From Octopus bimaculoides (taxonomy: Eukaryota), in the NCBI RefSeq assembly GCF_001194135.2, contig NC_069001.1:34439053-34503052 (forward strand): DNA of 64,000 nucleotides, in the 5' to 3' direction. Positions within the stretch are counted from its first letter, which is position 1. The number at the start of each line of letters is the position of its first letter. Of the stretch, positions 26,157 through 38,740 are shown in pieces. Below the pieces are notes generated by a model. That model ran no database searches, was not told where the DNA came from, and saw only the letters and a list, made by a program, of their open reading frames with translations. Position numbers and translations under genes: made by a program.

Positions 26157-26299
26157 GAGTTGATATGGTTTTGAATACCCAACAGGAGGATGTTTGTTTG
26201 TATTATTGCAATGGTGACAGTCCCGTGGCAATAATGTGTGATTATAAGAACAGAAGAGCTATAGCCTTCCTAATAAACCTTTCTGTTTTGGCACCATAA
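26157..26299 (+). CDS. Candidate terminal exon 4 (GVDMVLNTQQEDVCLYYCNGDSPVAIMCDYKNRRAIAFLINLSVLAP*)
   Basis: Acceptor ggattttattgcattttag, phase 1 start, open to TAA at 26299 (track ORF 26117-26299). Confidence 0.5.
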
Positions 26300-26452
26300 A
26301 TCATTTTGAATATGTAAAAGTTTTCATAGAAGCAGCAAAGCTGTGCCATCATTCCAAGATGATGGAATTCCTGTTGTCAGAAGAATTTTGAAAGATTAGA
26401 AAATGAAAAATCCCTTAGGACATTTCACTGAATGCTGCTTATATATTATATC

Positions 26453-26497
<45 letters not shown>

Positions 26498-26499
26498 TT

Positions 26500-26915
26500 A
26501 TGTATGTATGTTTCTTCAGTTTTATTCCAAGATTTCATGCCAATAGAAAAGAATCAGTTTCTAATCTAGATTCAAGGCTATTTCATTGGAATTTCAACAT
26601 CAACAACAAGGTATTGTTGTTTGAATGTATGTATGTATGTATATGTGCAGTTTTGTATGTATGCATGTATATATGCAGATTTCTATGTTTTGCTTTATGC
26701 ATATATTCTCATGCATATAGATGCATATCTAGACATGCTCATATATTATTTAAATGATAAACTTCTGGAAAGTTTTACAGATTTTTACAGTTCCAATAAT
26801 GGATTAGATCGATAGTCTTTGAATTATCTTTCTCCTTTCTGGTTTTGAGAAGCCTAATTTCTCAAGATTGGTATTTAAGCAGTGTGTTACACATCCTAGG
26901 GCCTCAATAACACAA
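26500..26915 (-). mobile_element. RLE-type non-LTR retrotransposon 3' end, copy c
   Basis: Reverse complement aligns with 35620-35990 (VIEALGCVTHCLNTNLEKLGFSKPERRKIIQRL...GTVKICKTFQKFII*) and ends in (CATA)n. Confidence 0.8.
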
Positions 26916-28551
26916 TTTCTAAGTAGGATAAAAGGGAAACTGTTTATGAGGGATGGAGTTAGTTGATTACATTAAGCCCAGTACATGACTGGTACTTTAT
27001 TTCAGTTGAGATGGAAGGAATTGAATTTAGAAGATGAAAAACCAGTACAAATATGGCAAAGTATTCTTGATAATCTAATGATTCTGCCAGTACAGTGCAG
27101 TACACTAGAGCCAGTCGTTGCTTGTAAGTAAATAGGAACTGGTAGAATATACCATGTATATATACCATGTTTTTACAAACCATTTTAGATGTTTATGTAG
27201 TCAAATAGCAGGCACTCAGTTGGTTACAACAATGAGTGCTCCAGTTGATCCGATCAATAGAACAGCCTGTTCATAAAATTAATGTGGATGTGGCCAAGCA
27301 CGCTACAGACATGTGTACCCCTATCGTAGTTCTCAGGGAGATTCAACATGACACAGAATGTGACAAAGCCGACTCTTTGAATTACAGGTACTACCATAAT
27401 TGCAGGAATGAAATTTGCTTAGGGTTGCAAACCAAGTTTTTCAGGTGGATGTTCAAAGCATTTTCGTTGCACCCCCCACAAACTTTAGCGGGTGCACTTG
27501 CACTCCTTGCATGTCTTGGACCCAAGCCTATGAACATCACTTATTTTTGCTGGCTGAGTGGACTGGAGCAGCATGAAATAGAGTGTCTTGCTCAAGGACA
27601 CAATACACTGCCTGGAATTGAACTCAGGACCATACAATCATCAACCAAATAGACCAACCATTAAACCTTCACCCAGTCGTGAATAGATGCAGACACACTC
27701 TGAGCCCTCTTACCCCTTGATCTAGAGGAGATCAAAGACCTGACTGCTGAAGGAAGAAAAGGGCTGCGACAGCACTAGGCTGATACACCTTTACAGCTAA
27801 ATTGCCTGGAACAATGTGAAATGAAGAGTGTTGCTCAAGGACACAAGAGACTTCCACATCAAATGCTTCATCTTTGGGCCTTATGGCTTGATCTTGATCT
27901 TTGGGTCTTATGTTCACGAGGTGAACATGCTAAACTTCAGGACACATACCTTCACTAATGATTCAGCCAATCTGCTGTAATATCAATTATAATAAAAACA
28001 ATAAACAAGCATCCATTTACCAATTCTTTCAAGATTATGTTTTTACAAATTCTAACTACAGAGAAGGTTTATTTATTGAAGAAATGTGTTATCTAATTAA
28101 AAATAAGATTAAATTACATTGCAGTCTGAACTTTGATAGTTTTAATTAATTAAAATGTTAAGAGTAATATTAAAAGATTGACATTTTTGACATTAGTTAT
28201 TTCAAAAACGTGGAAACAGAAGGTTCCAGGAGCATTTTGATAGCATTAAATCAACTCTTCAATTTTATGCAACATTTTACCAATTTTTGCTCTAAATCAA
28301 AAGAAAATATAGTTAGCCAAATAACTGAAATTAACTTTATGCAATTAACGAATCAATTTTATGAAGATTTGATGTTAAGGCATTTGATATTTTGAAAATT
28401 AGTTCTTGGTTAGTTCTTGGTATGTAATTAAATGAAATTGACTGTAGAAGATTTTGGTTATTCCATGATGTTTCTCATTTGACAGTGTTTTGCATATGGG
28501 GCAAGCTATCGTATAGGGTATTATATTAGGGTTTGTCTGTTTGTGGGATGT

Positions 28552-28877
28552 TTAACCCATAAAGTCCTGGGATTTGCACTAACATAGCAAGGACTGCTGA
28601 GCACATTTTATGAAAATGAGACTACTCTGCACACATAAAAAACAAAAAATAGTTAAAATATCTTCTTAGTATACAATGGTGGCAAGTTTCACATCATCCG
28701 AAAAGTCATTAGTTGAGCTATTAGTCCTCTTGTGTTCTGGTGGATATCGGAGCGTTTGAGTGACATCAGGCCCCAACAAATGCCCATAAATTAAATACAT
28801 CTATCTGGACCACGATTGTGACCTGTTGACCTGCGCCTGATAGCCACTATCATGGCCTGTCACCCTTTATGTGTTAA
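28552..28877. mobile_element. piggyBac-like non-autonomous element, copy 2
   Basis: Colinear direct repeat of 23541-23867 with the same TTAA/TIR ends. Confidence 0.8.
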
Positions 28878-29385
28878 GTATATGACTAGGTAGTCTAGAG
28901 TTTAGTCCTATTACATGGCACCTTGGACAAATCTTCATCTACAGACCCAGGCTGTCCATTTGGTTTTGCAATTACTTATGAATAATTAAATATATCAGAA
29001 AAGCCAGGGTTGTTTGCCATGTGAAAGTCAAAATGCATTTTAAAGGTAGAATGAGAGATGTTAAGATGGTGTATGTGGTAGTAAATTTGGTTTGTTATAC
29101 GAAGGTTAAAAGAAAAAAAAAAAAACTAATAGGCCAGTAGTTTTGATGTGAAATTATTTTTGCCATGAATATATACATGATCTCTAACTGTTCATCTGTA
29201 CTAACAGATCTGGCCAGATTCCAGTAGAAAGTAGCTGACATGCAAATACATGTATTGATATAAATATAGCCGTTACATATACATAAAAAAGAAAAATGAT
29301 ATAAGTATATATGTATGTGTGCGCATGTGTCTGTTTGTTTGTATATACATATGTATATATGCACACAAATATATACATTACATAT

Positions 29386-29437
<52 letters not shown>

Positions 29438-29490
29438 NNNNNNNNNNNNNNNNNNNNNNNNNNNNNNNNNNNNNNNNNNNNNNNNNNNNN

Positions 29491-29541
<51 letters not shown>

Positions 29542-29677
29542 TTATATTCATAAAAGAAGTCACATTTTAACATAGATCATGTATATATGTCAGTATGACA
29601 ACGTATCTACTTTATGATATGTATACATATTTGCATGTATGTGTGTGTGTATATATATATATGTATATATATATATG

Positions 29678-29855
29678 GGAGATTATACAAAAAATAACAA
29701 CAGACGAGGACAGGTGGTGTAAATAACAAAAGTATATATTAGTATGACGCTCGGGAATACGGAAAGTCTTTGACGTTTCGAGCTACGCTCTTCAACAGAA
29801 AGAATACGGAGACAAGGAGAAAAACACGGAGAAAAAAAATTGAATAGTGTTCAGT
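29678..29855 (-). mobile_element. Penelope-like terminal (pLTR-type) remnant between (TA)n tracts
   Basis: Contains TGACGTTTCGAGCTACGCTCTTCAACAG; its reverse complement CTGTTGAAGAGCGTAGCTCGAAACGTCA is typical of PLE ends. Confidence 0.55.
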
Positions 29856-29879
29856 CAACGGTCAATATATATATATATG

Positions 29880-29928
<49 letters not shown>

Positions 29929-29940
29929 GTATATATATAT

Positions 29941-30531
29941 NNNNNNNNNNNNNNNNNNNNNNNNNNNNNNNNNNNNNNNNNNNNNNNNNNNNNNNNNNNN
30001 NNNNNNNNNNNNNNNNNNNNNNNNNNNNNNNNNNNNNNNNNNNNNNNNNNNNNNNNNNNNNNNNNNNNNNNNNNNNNNNNNNNNNNNNNNNNNNNNNNNN
30101 NNNNNNNNNNNNNNNNNNNNNNNNNNNNNNNNNNNNNNNNNNNNNNNNNNNNNNNNNNNNNNNNNNNNNNNNNNNNNNNNNNNNNNNNNNNNNNNNNNNN
30201 NNNNNNNNNNNNNNNNNNNNNNNNNNNNNNNNNNNNNNNNNNNNNNNNNNNNNNNNNNNNNNNNNNNNNNNNNNNNNNNNNNNNNNNNNNNNNNNNNNNN
30301 NNNNNNNNNNNNNNNNNNNNNNNNNNNNNNNNNNNNNNNNNNNNNNNNNNNNNNNNNNNNNNNNNNNNNNNNNNNNNNNNNNNNNNNNNNNNNNNNNNNN
30401 NNNNNNNNNNNNNNNNNNNNNNNNNNNNNNNNNNNNNNNNNNNNNNNNNNNNNNNNNNNNNNNNNNNNNNNNNNNNNNNNNNNNNNNNNNNNNNNNNNNN
30501 NNNNNNNNNNNNNNNNNNNNNNNNNNNNNNN
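29941..30531. other. Assembly gap (N run)
   Basis: Other gaps: 8637-8646, 12107-12330, 22476-22680, 29438-29490, 43346-43652, 45928-45997, 51594-52185. Most abut microsatellites. Confidence 1.
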
Positions 30532-30848
30532 CTCCACAACACTTTCTCTGTCTCTTTCACACTCTCTCATTCTGTGTTTCACTCACCACATATATATGTT
30601 TGTGTGTGTGTGTGTATATATATGAGTGTGTGTATGTATATATGCATATATACTTATGCATATACATATATATACATATATGTGTATATATAAATATATA
30701 TATGGGTATCTATCTATATATCTATCTGTGTATTAATCTGTGTGTGTATCTATGTGTGTATTTCCCTTTCTCTCTAAATATATGAGTACAATTCTTCTTC
30801 TTCTTCTTCTTCTTCTTCTTCTTCTTCTTCTTCTTCGTCTTCTTCTTA

Positions 30849-30899
<51 letters not shown>

Positions 30900-31548
30900 T
30901 TTTTGTGCTTCTCAGTCAGGCAGTCATCAACTCTGAGCTGCAACTGAAACACAGCTTAGATTAAGCACCATTATTCCACCCTGACCATCCACCCTACCTA
31001 ACACCATTTTGCTTTGCAGTTTGTAGCCATAATCTCCTCCTCCTCATCATCATCATCATCATTCTGCCTCTCTGACACTACTGACACATAAACATACACA
31101 TATGTAAATATTTTATGTATATCGTGTGCGTGTGTGTGTGTGTATGTGTGTGTGTAATTTATCCTGAGGAAATTTTCATTTGCTTGGTGTATCCTTATTT
31201 TGACTTCATGACTATTCAACAACTTAAAGCCTCTGGTGTTTTGTATCTCTACACTTCTCATCATCCACACACACACACACATGCACACACACACTGAAAT
31301 GTTTGTACACACACATACAAATAGTCACAAACACACACACAGATACTCACACACACGCACACACACGCTTATACATAACACAGACGTACATGAACCATTA
31401 TACCAAAGATATTCCATATTCCTCTGATGACCTCCTCAGATAACAAAACATTTTCTTTTTTCTTTCACACACTCTTTCATCTCACCTTATTCTAAATTGT
31501 TGACTTTGGCAATGTTCCTGACTTGCCCAGTATTTACACAAATTTGGC

Positions 31549-31652
<104 letters not shown>

Positions 31653-31924
31653 GTTTGTGTGTTTGTGTATATATATATATAAGCATGTATGTCTATATTT
31701 ACATCAGAAAGTTTCAATAGACCTTCTTCTTCTATATACTTACCCCAACCCCTGCAACATATGTAGATCAGCTCTAGTGCTGTATTCTACTGGACATGAT
31801 ATTTCAATGTGTTTAGTTATCTGAAATTCTGAGTTCAGATCCTATTCAGAATTCAGCTTTGTCTTTCATCCAGTCGGCATCAATATAACAATTACTTGAA
31901 GTGGTTGTGAATTAACCAAGTCGT

Positions 31925-32050
31925 AGAAAACCATACCAAATCACACTGGAGTCTTGTGCAGCCTTCTAGCTTACCAGCCCTGGTCAACCCATCCAAACCA
32001 TGCCAGCATGGACAAAAGACATTAAATGATGACGACGATGATGATGATAT
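31925..32050 (+). mobile_element. RTE tail fragment
   Basis: CCATGCCAGCATGGACAAAAGACATTAAA(TGA)n. Confidence 0.7.
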
Positions 32051-32284
32051 AAACACACAGGCAATGTGCTTCCACAAAGTTTCTGTGAATGAAATCAAAT
32101 GGCAAGGTTTTGGCCCCACCACTGAGCTTTAATAGAAGACTCTTCTCAAGAAAGTTGCACAGTAGGATTGAACACAAAGCCACATGTCTGTGTTACTTTG
32201 TCCTGTGTTCCATTTTTCTTGTTGTTCACATATTTCATGTTATTTGCAACATTGGTAACGTCCTGGACCCATATATGCATGCAG

Positions 32285-32319
<35 letters not shown>

Positions 32320-32471
32320 AACATATACACACATGTGCCAACACACATATACATACACACATATATATATAAATACATATATATATATATGTATGTGTGT
32401 GCTTGTTTGCATTTATATCTGTATATGTGTGTGTGTGTGGATGTATGTGCTTATGTTTGCATTTATGTGTG

Positions 32472-32504
<33 letters not shown>

Positions 32505-33099
32505 GATAGCATTAGGTATATATATAAGTACATATACACACACACACATACACACACACACACATACACACATATATAGGGGTAAATATGTATACACATC
32601 TATATATGTGGGGGAGGGCTAAATATATTTAAATATATATATACTCACACACATTTGCTTGTGAGAGTATGTATGCACATGTGTCTATACATTTAATATA
32701 AGGTATATGTATGTAGCTATATGTGTGTTGTGTGTATATGTGTGTGGGTGGATGTTTGTATGTGTGCAGGGAAAAGAATGAATATCTGAAAGGGATCAAT
32801 AAAATTAAGAAAACAAAAAAAAAAAACAGGTGAAAAGAAAAAAAGAAAAAAATCTATTAAGGGGAAGAATTTCTTTAACCAATTTGTTATGGGGAATCTT
32901 TAAATGGAAGTGAATATTTCCAAACATAGATATCGAAGACTTTGGAATCAAGAATTGTCATGTTTAAGATTAAACAATGAGAGCTGTAGCGCTGTGTATG
33001 GTGGAGTGGAGTAGCATTATGGCCATTAGTGGAGGCTTAGAGGTTGCTGGAAATAATTGGTGAATATTGTTGATTTGGAAAAATAAGGCTGAAGTCAGA

Positions 33100-33800
33100 C
33101 ATGTGAAAGAGAAGATGAAAGCCAGTGAGATAAAGGGAGAAAGATAGAAAGGTAGTGACACGGTGAAAGAAAGAGAGATAGAAAGGCAGAGGGACAGTGA
33201 GAGAAAGAGAGTCGGGGAGTAGTGAGGAGTGGGTGTAAATGAGGGAGGGGGATGGAGAGTTAAAAGGTGAAGGAGTAATAGAATGAAGATGAGAAAGGAG
33301 GTGGAGAGAGAGAAAGTGAGAGGGGAAATAGATTGTTGGTTAAATAAAAAGAAAAGAGGGAGAGAGAGAGAGAGGAAGGAGTGAGAGGTCTGGAGAAATA
33401 AATGATAAAGAAGTGGTAAAATAAAGGTAGAGAGAGAGGGGGGAGGGATAGGGAGAGCAGTTCATTAGATAGATAGGAAGAAAGAGGAGGGAAGCTAGTC
33501 ATGAGAGACAGGATGCAAAGAGGGAGTAAGTGTAAGTGAAGGAGAGAGATGGAGAAGCAAGAGGTAAAGAAATAGTAATAGAAAGACAAAGAGGAGAAGA
33601 GAGAGAGAGAGAATGATAATGCAAGATGGGAAAGTGAAAGTTCATAGATAAAGAAGTAGTGAAAGAGAGACGAAGAGAGAGAGAGAAAGAGCTAGAGATG
33701 TGTGTGTGAGTCTGTAATTTAATGAAAGAAATAGAGGAAGTAGCTATATGGAAAGGGAGTGTAGAGGGGGAAAGGGTGAGAGGAATGATATGCAAGGGAA
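33100..33800 (+). repeat. Purine-rich (GA/GGA) low-complexity tract
   Basis: About 700 bp strongly enriched in A/G on the + strand. Confidence 0.85.
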
Positions 33801-34051
33801 GAACGTGTGTGTGTGAATGAGAGTAAGGTATGGAAAGTAAGGAGGACTTTTTTTAAATGTATGATTGAAAAAGATTATGTGAGATTAAAAGATATAAACT
33901 GTGAAAAAGAGAAACAATATGAGACAGGGCAGGGCAGGGCAGGGCAGGGCGACAAATGGACAGACAGACATGCAGACAGACAGAGTGAGAGAGAGAGAAA
34001 GAAAGAGAGAGGTGGGTGTGTGAAAATGATTATGATAACATAAAAACTCAC

Positions 34052-34283
34052 CCTGTCTTCATCCAAATGCCGTTGTGCTTCCATAAATGAGGCAGACTTT
34101 CTATGGTTGTAGCTTTTCCCTAAAACATTGCCAGACTTTGAAATTCTCTTCCATCTCATTGTTGTTTTTCCTTCTTATGACCTGAACTCTTTCGATTCTG
34201 AAGTAAATTCATTCCTTTCATCTCAATTTCTTCTTGTTCATTGTAGCTTACACTAAGTGGCTTCTTACCATGTTTGGAACTTT
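34052..34283 (-). CDS. Exon-like segment with two overlapping open frames (ESSKHGKKPLSVSYNEQEEIEMKGMNLLQNRKSSGHKKEKQQ* / MRWKRISKSGNVLGKSYNHRKSASFMEAQRHLDEDR)
   Basis: Very strong acceptor (ttccttttttttattttttttcaaatcag) and donor AGG|GTGAGT. Unique purine-rich sequence; no single frame is open across it. Confidence 0.4.
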
Positions 34284-34542
34284 CTGATTTGAAAAAAATA
34301 AAAAAAGGAACGAAGGAAATTGTATGTGTGTGTATACACATATATAAATATATTAGTATGTGTATATATATATTGCTGAAATTTATTGAAAATCAAATGA
34401 CGAAGACAGGTGTATGAACAACTAGTAAGTGTATTAGTTTCACACTCGGAGAAATATGAAAAAATAAACAGAGAGAGAGAGTGAAAAAAACTTGTAGATT
34501 TCAGTGGTCCAGCATGACGAATATATATATATATATATATAT

Positions 34543-35000
34543 AAGAGTTCATAACTCTAACTAAAATGATTTGTCTCCCCTTACACACACTTCCTGTTTT
34601 GACACCACACTTCCTGCTCAACACAAACTTTTAACCCTTTTTTTAAACCTAACACAACTCTCAATTCTCATGCATCCTTATTTTTCCAACCATTATATAC
34701 ATGGATTACCATTGAACTTCAAAAGCTCAAAGACAATATAATGTATTGGTATATTTATTTTTTTTATATATTATTTTTTTATATATTATTTTTTTTTATA
34801 TATTATTTTCTTCATTTTGTACTTGTTTGTAAAAAACATATTCATTTTCCCTCTTCTTGAAAATTTGCTATGCAATGAAAGCCGGTTAGAAATCTTTATT
34901 AAAATATGCTTCCAGTTTAGCATTCTGCCTTATTATTATTTTTCATTTTCCTATTATTTCTCCACGTGCGGTTAACACAACCCCACTATTTACTGACTTA
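34543..35000. repeat. Unclassified interspersed repeat of about 450 bp, complete copy between (TA)n tracts
   Basis: Near-identical copies at 24442-24870 and 52186-52469. No TIR or poly-A tail is evident. Confidence 0.85.
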
Positions 35001-35222
35001 TATATGTGTGTGTGTGTGTGTAATTGAGGATATCTAAGATACCACCATGCTAGAAAAGGCAACCAAAGCCTGACTCCAAAACCACAATAAATGAGAAGAC
35101 AACGGTGTTTCACCTCCTCTAAGTTATAAAAAAGGAAATTATAAGGAGTTATATTTAGACCTGCATTCATAAATACATACATGCATACATACAAGAGAAA
35201 GAGGACATCCATGGATCTTTAA

Positions 35223-35421
35223 TAAGGAGCTCACAAATCCAGTACTCAAGATACACTTTGCTTTTCATACCCATTATTATTGGAGCAACGAGGTACACAG
35301 CAACCAGTCCAGAGCAAAGTAAAGCTGAACTTGGGATCTTGGAGAGAGAATGCGATACCTTAATTCATATGTTACAAATGCTCATACTAATTGGTACTAG
35401 AAAAATCTGCAAGACCTTCTT
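35223..35421 (+). mobile_element. RLE-type non-LTR retrotransposon C-terminal fragment, copy a
   Basis: Reads IRSSQIQYSRYTLLFIPIIIGATRY...ELGILERECDTLIHMLQMLILIGTRKICKTF*, matching the PIIIGALG...GT.KI tail of R2/R4/NeSL-type endonuclease domains. Confidence 0.65.
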
Positions 35422-35524
35422 AAGATCTTAAGGATGATGGTTAAATTAAAATACTTGCTTTCACAATCTTGCTACCAAGTCGGTGGCTGGTTAAAAGTTG
35501 ACTGTAAATTAAAAAGAAAAGAGA

Positions 35525-35990
35525 ACATATATACATAAAGATCAGTGGAAAAGAAAATACCTAGGCTGAACTGTTGAGAAATCTGCTGTTATTCTATCCA
35601 GATTATAAGTTCAGGTTTATACCTGTAATTATTGGGGTCCTGGGATATGTAACACACTGCCTAAGTACTTACCTTGAGAAATTAGGCTTCTCAAAACCAG
35701 AAAGAAGAAAATTGATTCAAAGACTAAAGATTTAAACCATCACTGGAACTGTAAAAATTTGTAAACCTTTCCAGAAGTTTATCATTTAAATATATATGAG
35801 CATGTCTAGATATGCAAGTATATGCGTGAGAAGACATACATTAAGCAAAACATACAAATCTGCTCATATACACACATACAAAAATGCCTGTTGATGTTGA
35901 TGAAATTCCAATGAAAGAACCTTGGATCTAGATTAGAAAATGGCTCCTCTGTCTATTGGCAAGAAATCTTGACATGAAACTGAGTAATGA
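35525..35990 (+). mobile_element. RLE-type non-LTR retrotransposon 3' end (ORF tail plus 3' UTR), copy b
   Basis: Reads AELLRNLLLFYPDYKFRFIPVIIGVLGYVTHCLSTYLEKLGFSKPERRKLIQRLKI*TITGTVKICKPFQKFII*, followed by a UTR shared with 26500-26915 and 19600-19715. Confidence 0.8.
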
Positions 35991-36667
35991 TATACAAGCA
36001 CACAAACAGGTAGATAGATAGAAGTATATACATTTATATGAATCTGTGTGAGTGAGTGTATCTGTGGATCTATGTATATGCAATGACGCAGCAAGGAACT
36101 GTATGTAAGAGAATGGGAAAGAGAGAAGTAGAGAGGGATGTGATGGGTTAATAAATGGGAGGAACCAAGAAAATGAAAGCAAAATGATTGAGATGAAGCA
36201 GAAAAGAACTCTGGTGATATTGAAAGAATGACGTGGGAGAGACGCCATCAAAGGGAGAGATAGAGAGAGAGAGAGGAAAGAAGACAGGTTAATTAGTGAG
36301 AAGATGATAGAATAAATAGATAATACTACATAATAAAAAAGAAAAAGAAACACAGAGCAGGAAAAATATAAAAGACTCATAAAAATATAAAACAAAGAAC
36401 AAATTTATGAAAACAGAAATCTAAAATTCATCATCAGAGATTCCGGAATAAACTGTGATGGAGTTAGGCATTAAAAATCGAGTAGATAAAGTTTTAACTC
36501 AAAACACCATCCAATTACTTGGGTCAAACCAAAAGTCAGTAGCTTATTTAGGTTTAATGCTGTGTTGGAATCTTTGCCAAATAATGGCACTGTACTCTTC
36601 TTCTTTAAAGAGCAGTCTATTACAGTTTATTGGCTGTGTATTAGAAAGCACTAAAAACGGCAACGCT

Positions 36668-36699
<32 letters not shown>

Positions 36700-36887
36700 G
36701 TTATATAATCTTCTCGTTTCTTATATGTTTCCTAATTGTTATTGTTGTTGGTTTGTTTTAGGTGCAGAAACTAATTTAAATGTGTTTGGTTGTGGGAATT
36801 ATTTTACAGTAAAATTTCTTGGCTTGGTTCTAAACAAAGCCGTGGACACTGGCCATAGATCTAAAGTGTTTCATTGTGAAGAGGTGC

Positions 36888-37045
36888 AATCGTAGCTGTG
36901 TGGTTAAAGCAGGTTTCATTGGAATTGCGTTGTTCCAGATTTGATGCTATTTGATGTGTGTAACAGTTTGAATAAATGTCTTCAGCTGTAGCTCTAAGAC
37001 CAATTCCTTGTGAATGGAATTTGGTAGATGGAATGCACAGCTCTG

Positions 37046-37095
<50 letters not shown>

Positions 37096-37300
37096 CTTCT
37101 CATCATTTGACAGCTGGTGTTGGTTTGTTTACACTCTTATAACTTAGCTGTTCAGTGAAAAAGACTATTACAATAAGTACCAGATTTAAACAATACATAC
37201 TAATGGAGATTTGTTTGGCTAAACCCTTTAAGCCGGTGCCCCAGCATGGCCACACCCTTTAAGCCGGTGCCCCAGCATGGCCACAGTCCAATGACTAAAA
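36888..37300 (+). mobile_element. SINE family A with a local 31-bp tandem duplication in the tail
   Basis: Homologous to 5296-5683; CCCTTTAAGCCGGTGCCCCAGCATGGCCACA occurs twice at about 37224-37286. Confidence 0.8.
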
Positions 37301-38534
37301 CAAATAAAAGATAGAAGAGCTCTGAAATACTTGATTATAGCACTTGACTTTTAAATTGTGCATTTGTATAACAACTGATTTTCTGCTTCTGAGAAAAGTT
37401 GTTATGCTTTTTTTCCTTCCTTTCACTACAATACTGGAATACAAGTCAACCATTATTTTCTCAAGATGTTTTATTCCCATCAGTGAACTCTAAGACCTAG
37501 TAAAACAGTAGGTCAGCCAGTATTTTTTCTGTCAGTGAATTCTAAAAGAAGTAAAAATCTAAGACAACCTTCCTCTCATTGAGAACAAAATATGTTGCAG
37601 CACCAAAAATAATTAATGATGCTCTGCTCTGTTTTCATAATATTTGCTGGAGAACCACCATATTTCTCGTAAAACATTAAAAGATTTAACATTGCAATAA
37701 AAATCAGTCTAACGATTTCTTTTTCTTTAACCATTAACCGAAGGTTTGTATCGGTGCTCCTCCTATCCCAATCATGTCTCACAAAAATTTCTTGCAAATT
37801 TTAACGTTTTTTTAGGAAAGATTAAAAAGCCGTTCAATTAATTTCAGTAAAATTTGAAATTAAAATAAAAGTTTAAAAAAAAAATCATAATTCAAAACAA
37901 TGAGGTGAACAGTTTTGGTCTCTGGCTACTTTGTTGTACCTGCTCAACTTCATTCACATTGCTAGAAGTCAATATATAACAACACTAAATTGTGTAACCT
38001 TTAACTGTTTGTTTTAACAGAAGACATTGCTTAATAAAGTCTTCTGTTGTTTTCTTTTTATTTTTTTCTCACTATGCGTTCTACAAGGTTTATTTTCAAT
38101 TAAACTTTCACACACCTAAAATTTGAACCTAAACACATAAAAGAAGATAGTTCTCATCTGGAAATCCAAACTCCTTAGTTACTGATTGATATGTTTTAAT
38201 GACTTGCAAAGCCTGGCCATAAAGAAAAAAAAATCAATAATTTAGATCTTTTTTTCTCAGTCTATTTACAGCTGATTGCTTTTGATCTGTTTCTTTATAC
38301 TCTCTCTAACTTCTATGTAATCTTTAGAATTTTTTTATCAGCAAAAGCTTAAATGTTTTCTTTTTGGTTTTTCTCTAATTTTTTCTTTTTTTTTTTTTTT
38401 ATGGATTTCGTCAGTCCAGCATTGAAAAACTTGCACTAAAATAACTTCTTTATAAACTCATTTTATTTTTCCTATCTATTGCATGAGTGCAAGTAATATA
38501 TAATAAATAAGATAGAATATACTGAACAGCAATC

Positions 38535-38740
38535 TTTATCATATTTATCATCTTTTAACGTCTCTCTTCCATGCTGGCATGGGTCGAATAATTTGACAAG
38601 ATCTGATAAGTCAGAGAATTGCGTAGTGATCCAGTGCCTGCTTTGCTATAATTTCTATGGCTCAATGATCTTCCAAGTGACAACCACATTACAGAGGGTA
38701 ACTGCGTACTTTTTCCATGGCAGCAGCACATGTGAGGTTA
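38535..38740 (-). mobile_element. RTE tail fragment (diverged)
   Basis: TTTAACGTCTCTCTTCCATGCTGGCATGGG... Confidence 0.6.

Noticed and set aside
29840-30785. ORFs of 230-310 aa (also 11991-12600, 22170-22876, 43261-43717, 51567-52200)
   Set aside because: They span N-gaps, so the length is an artefact.
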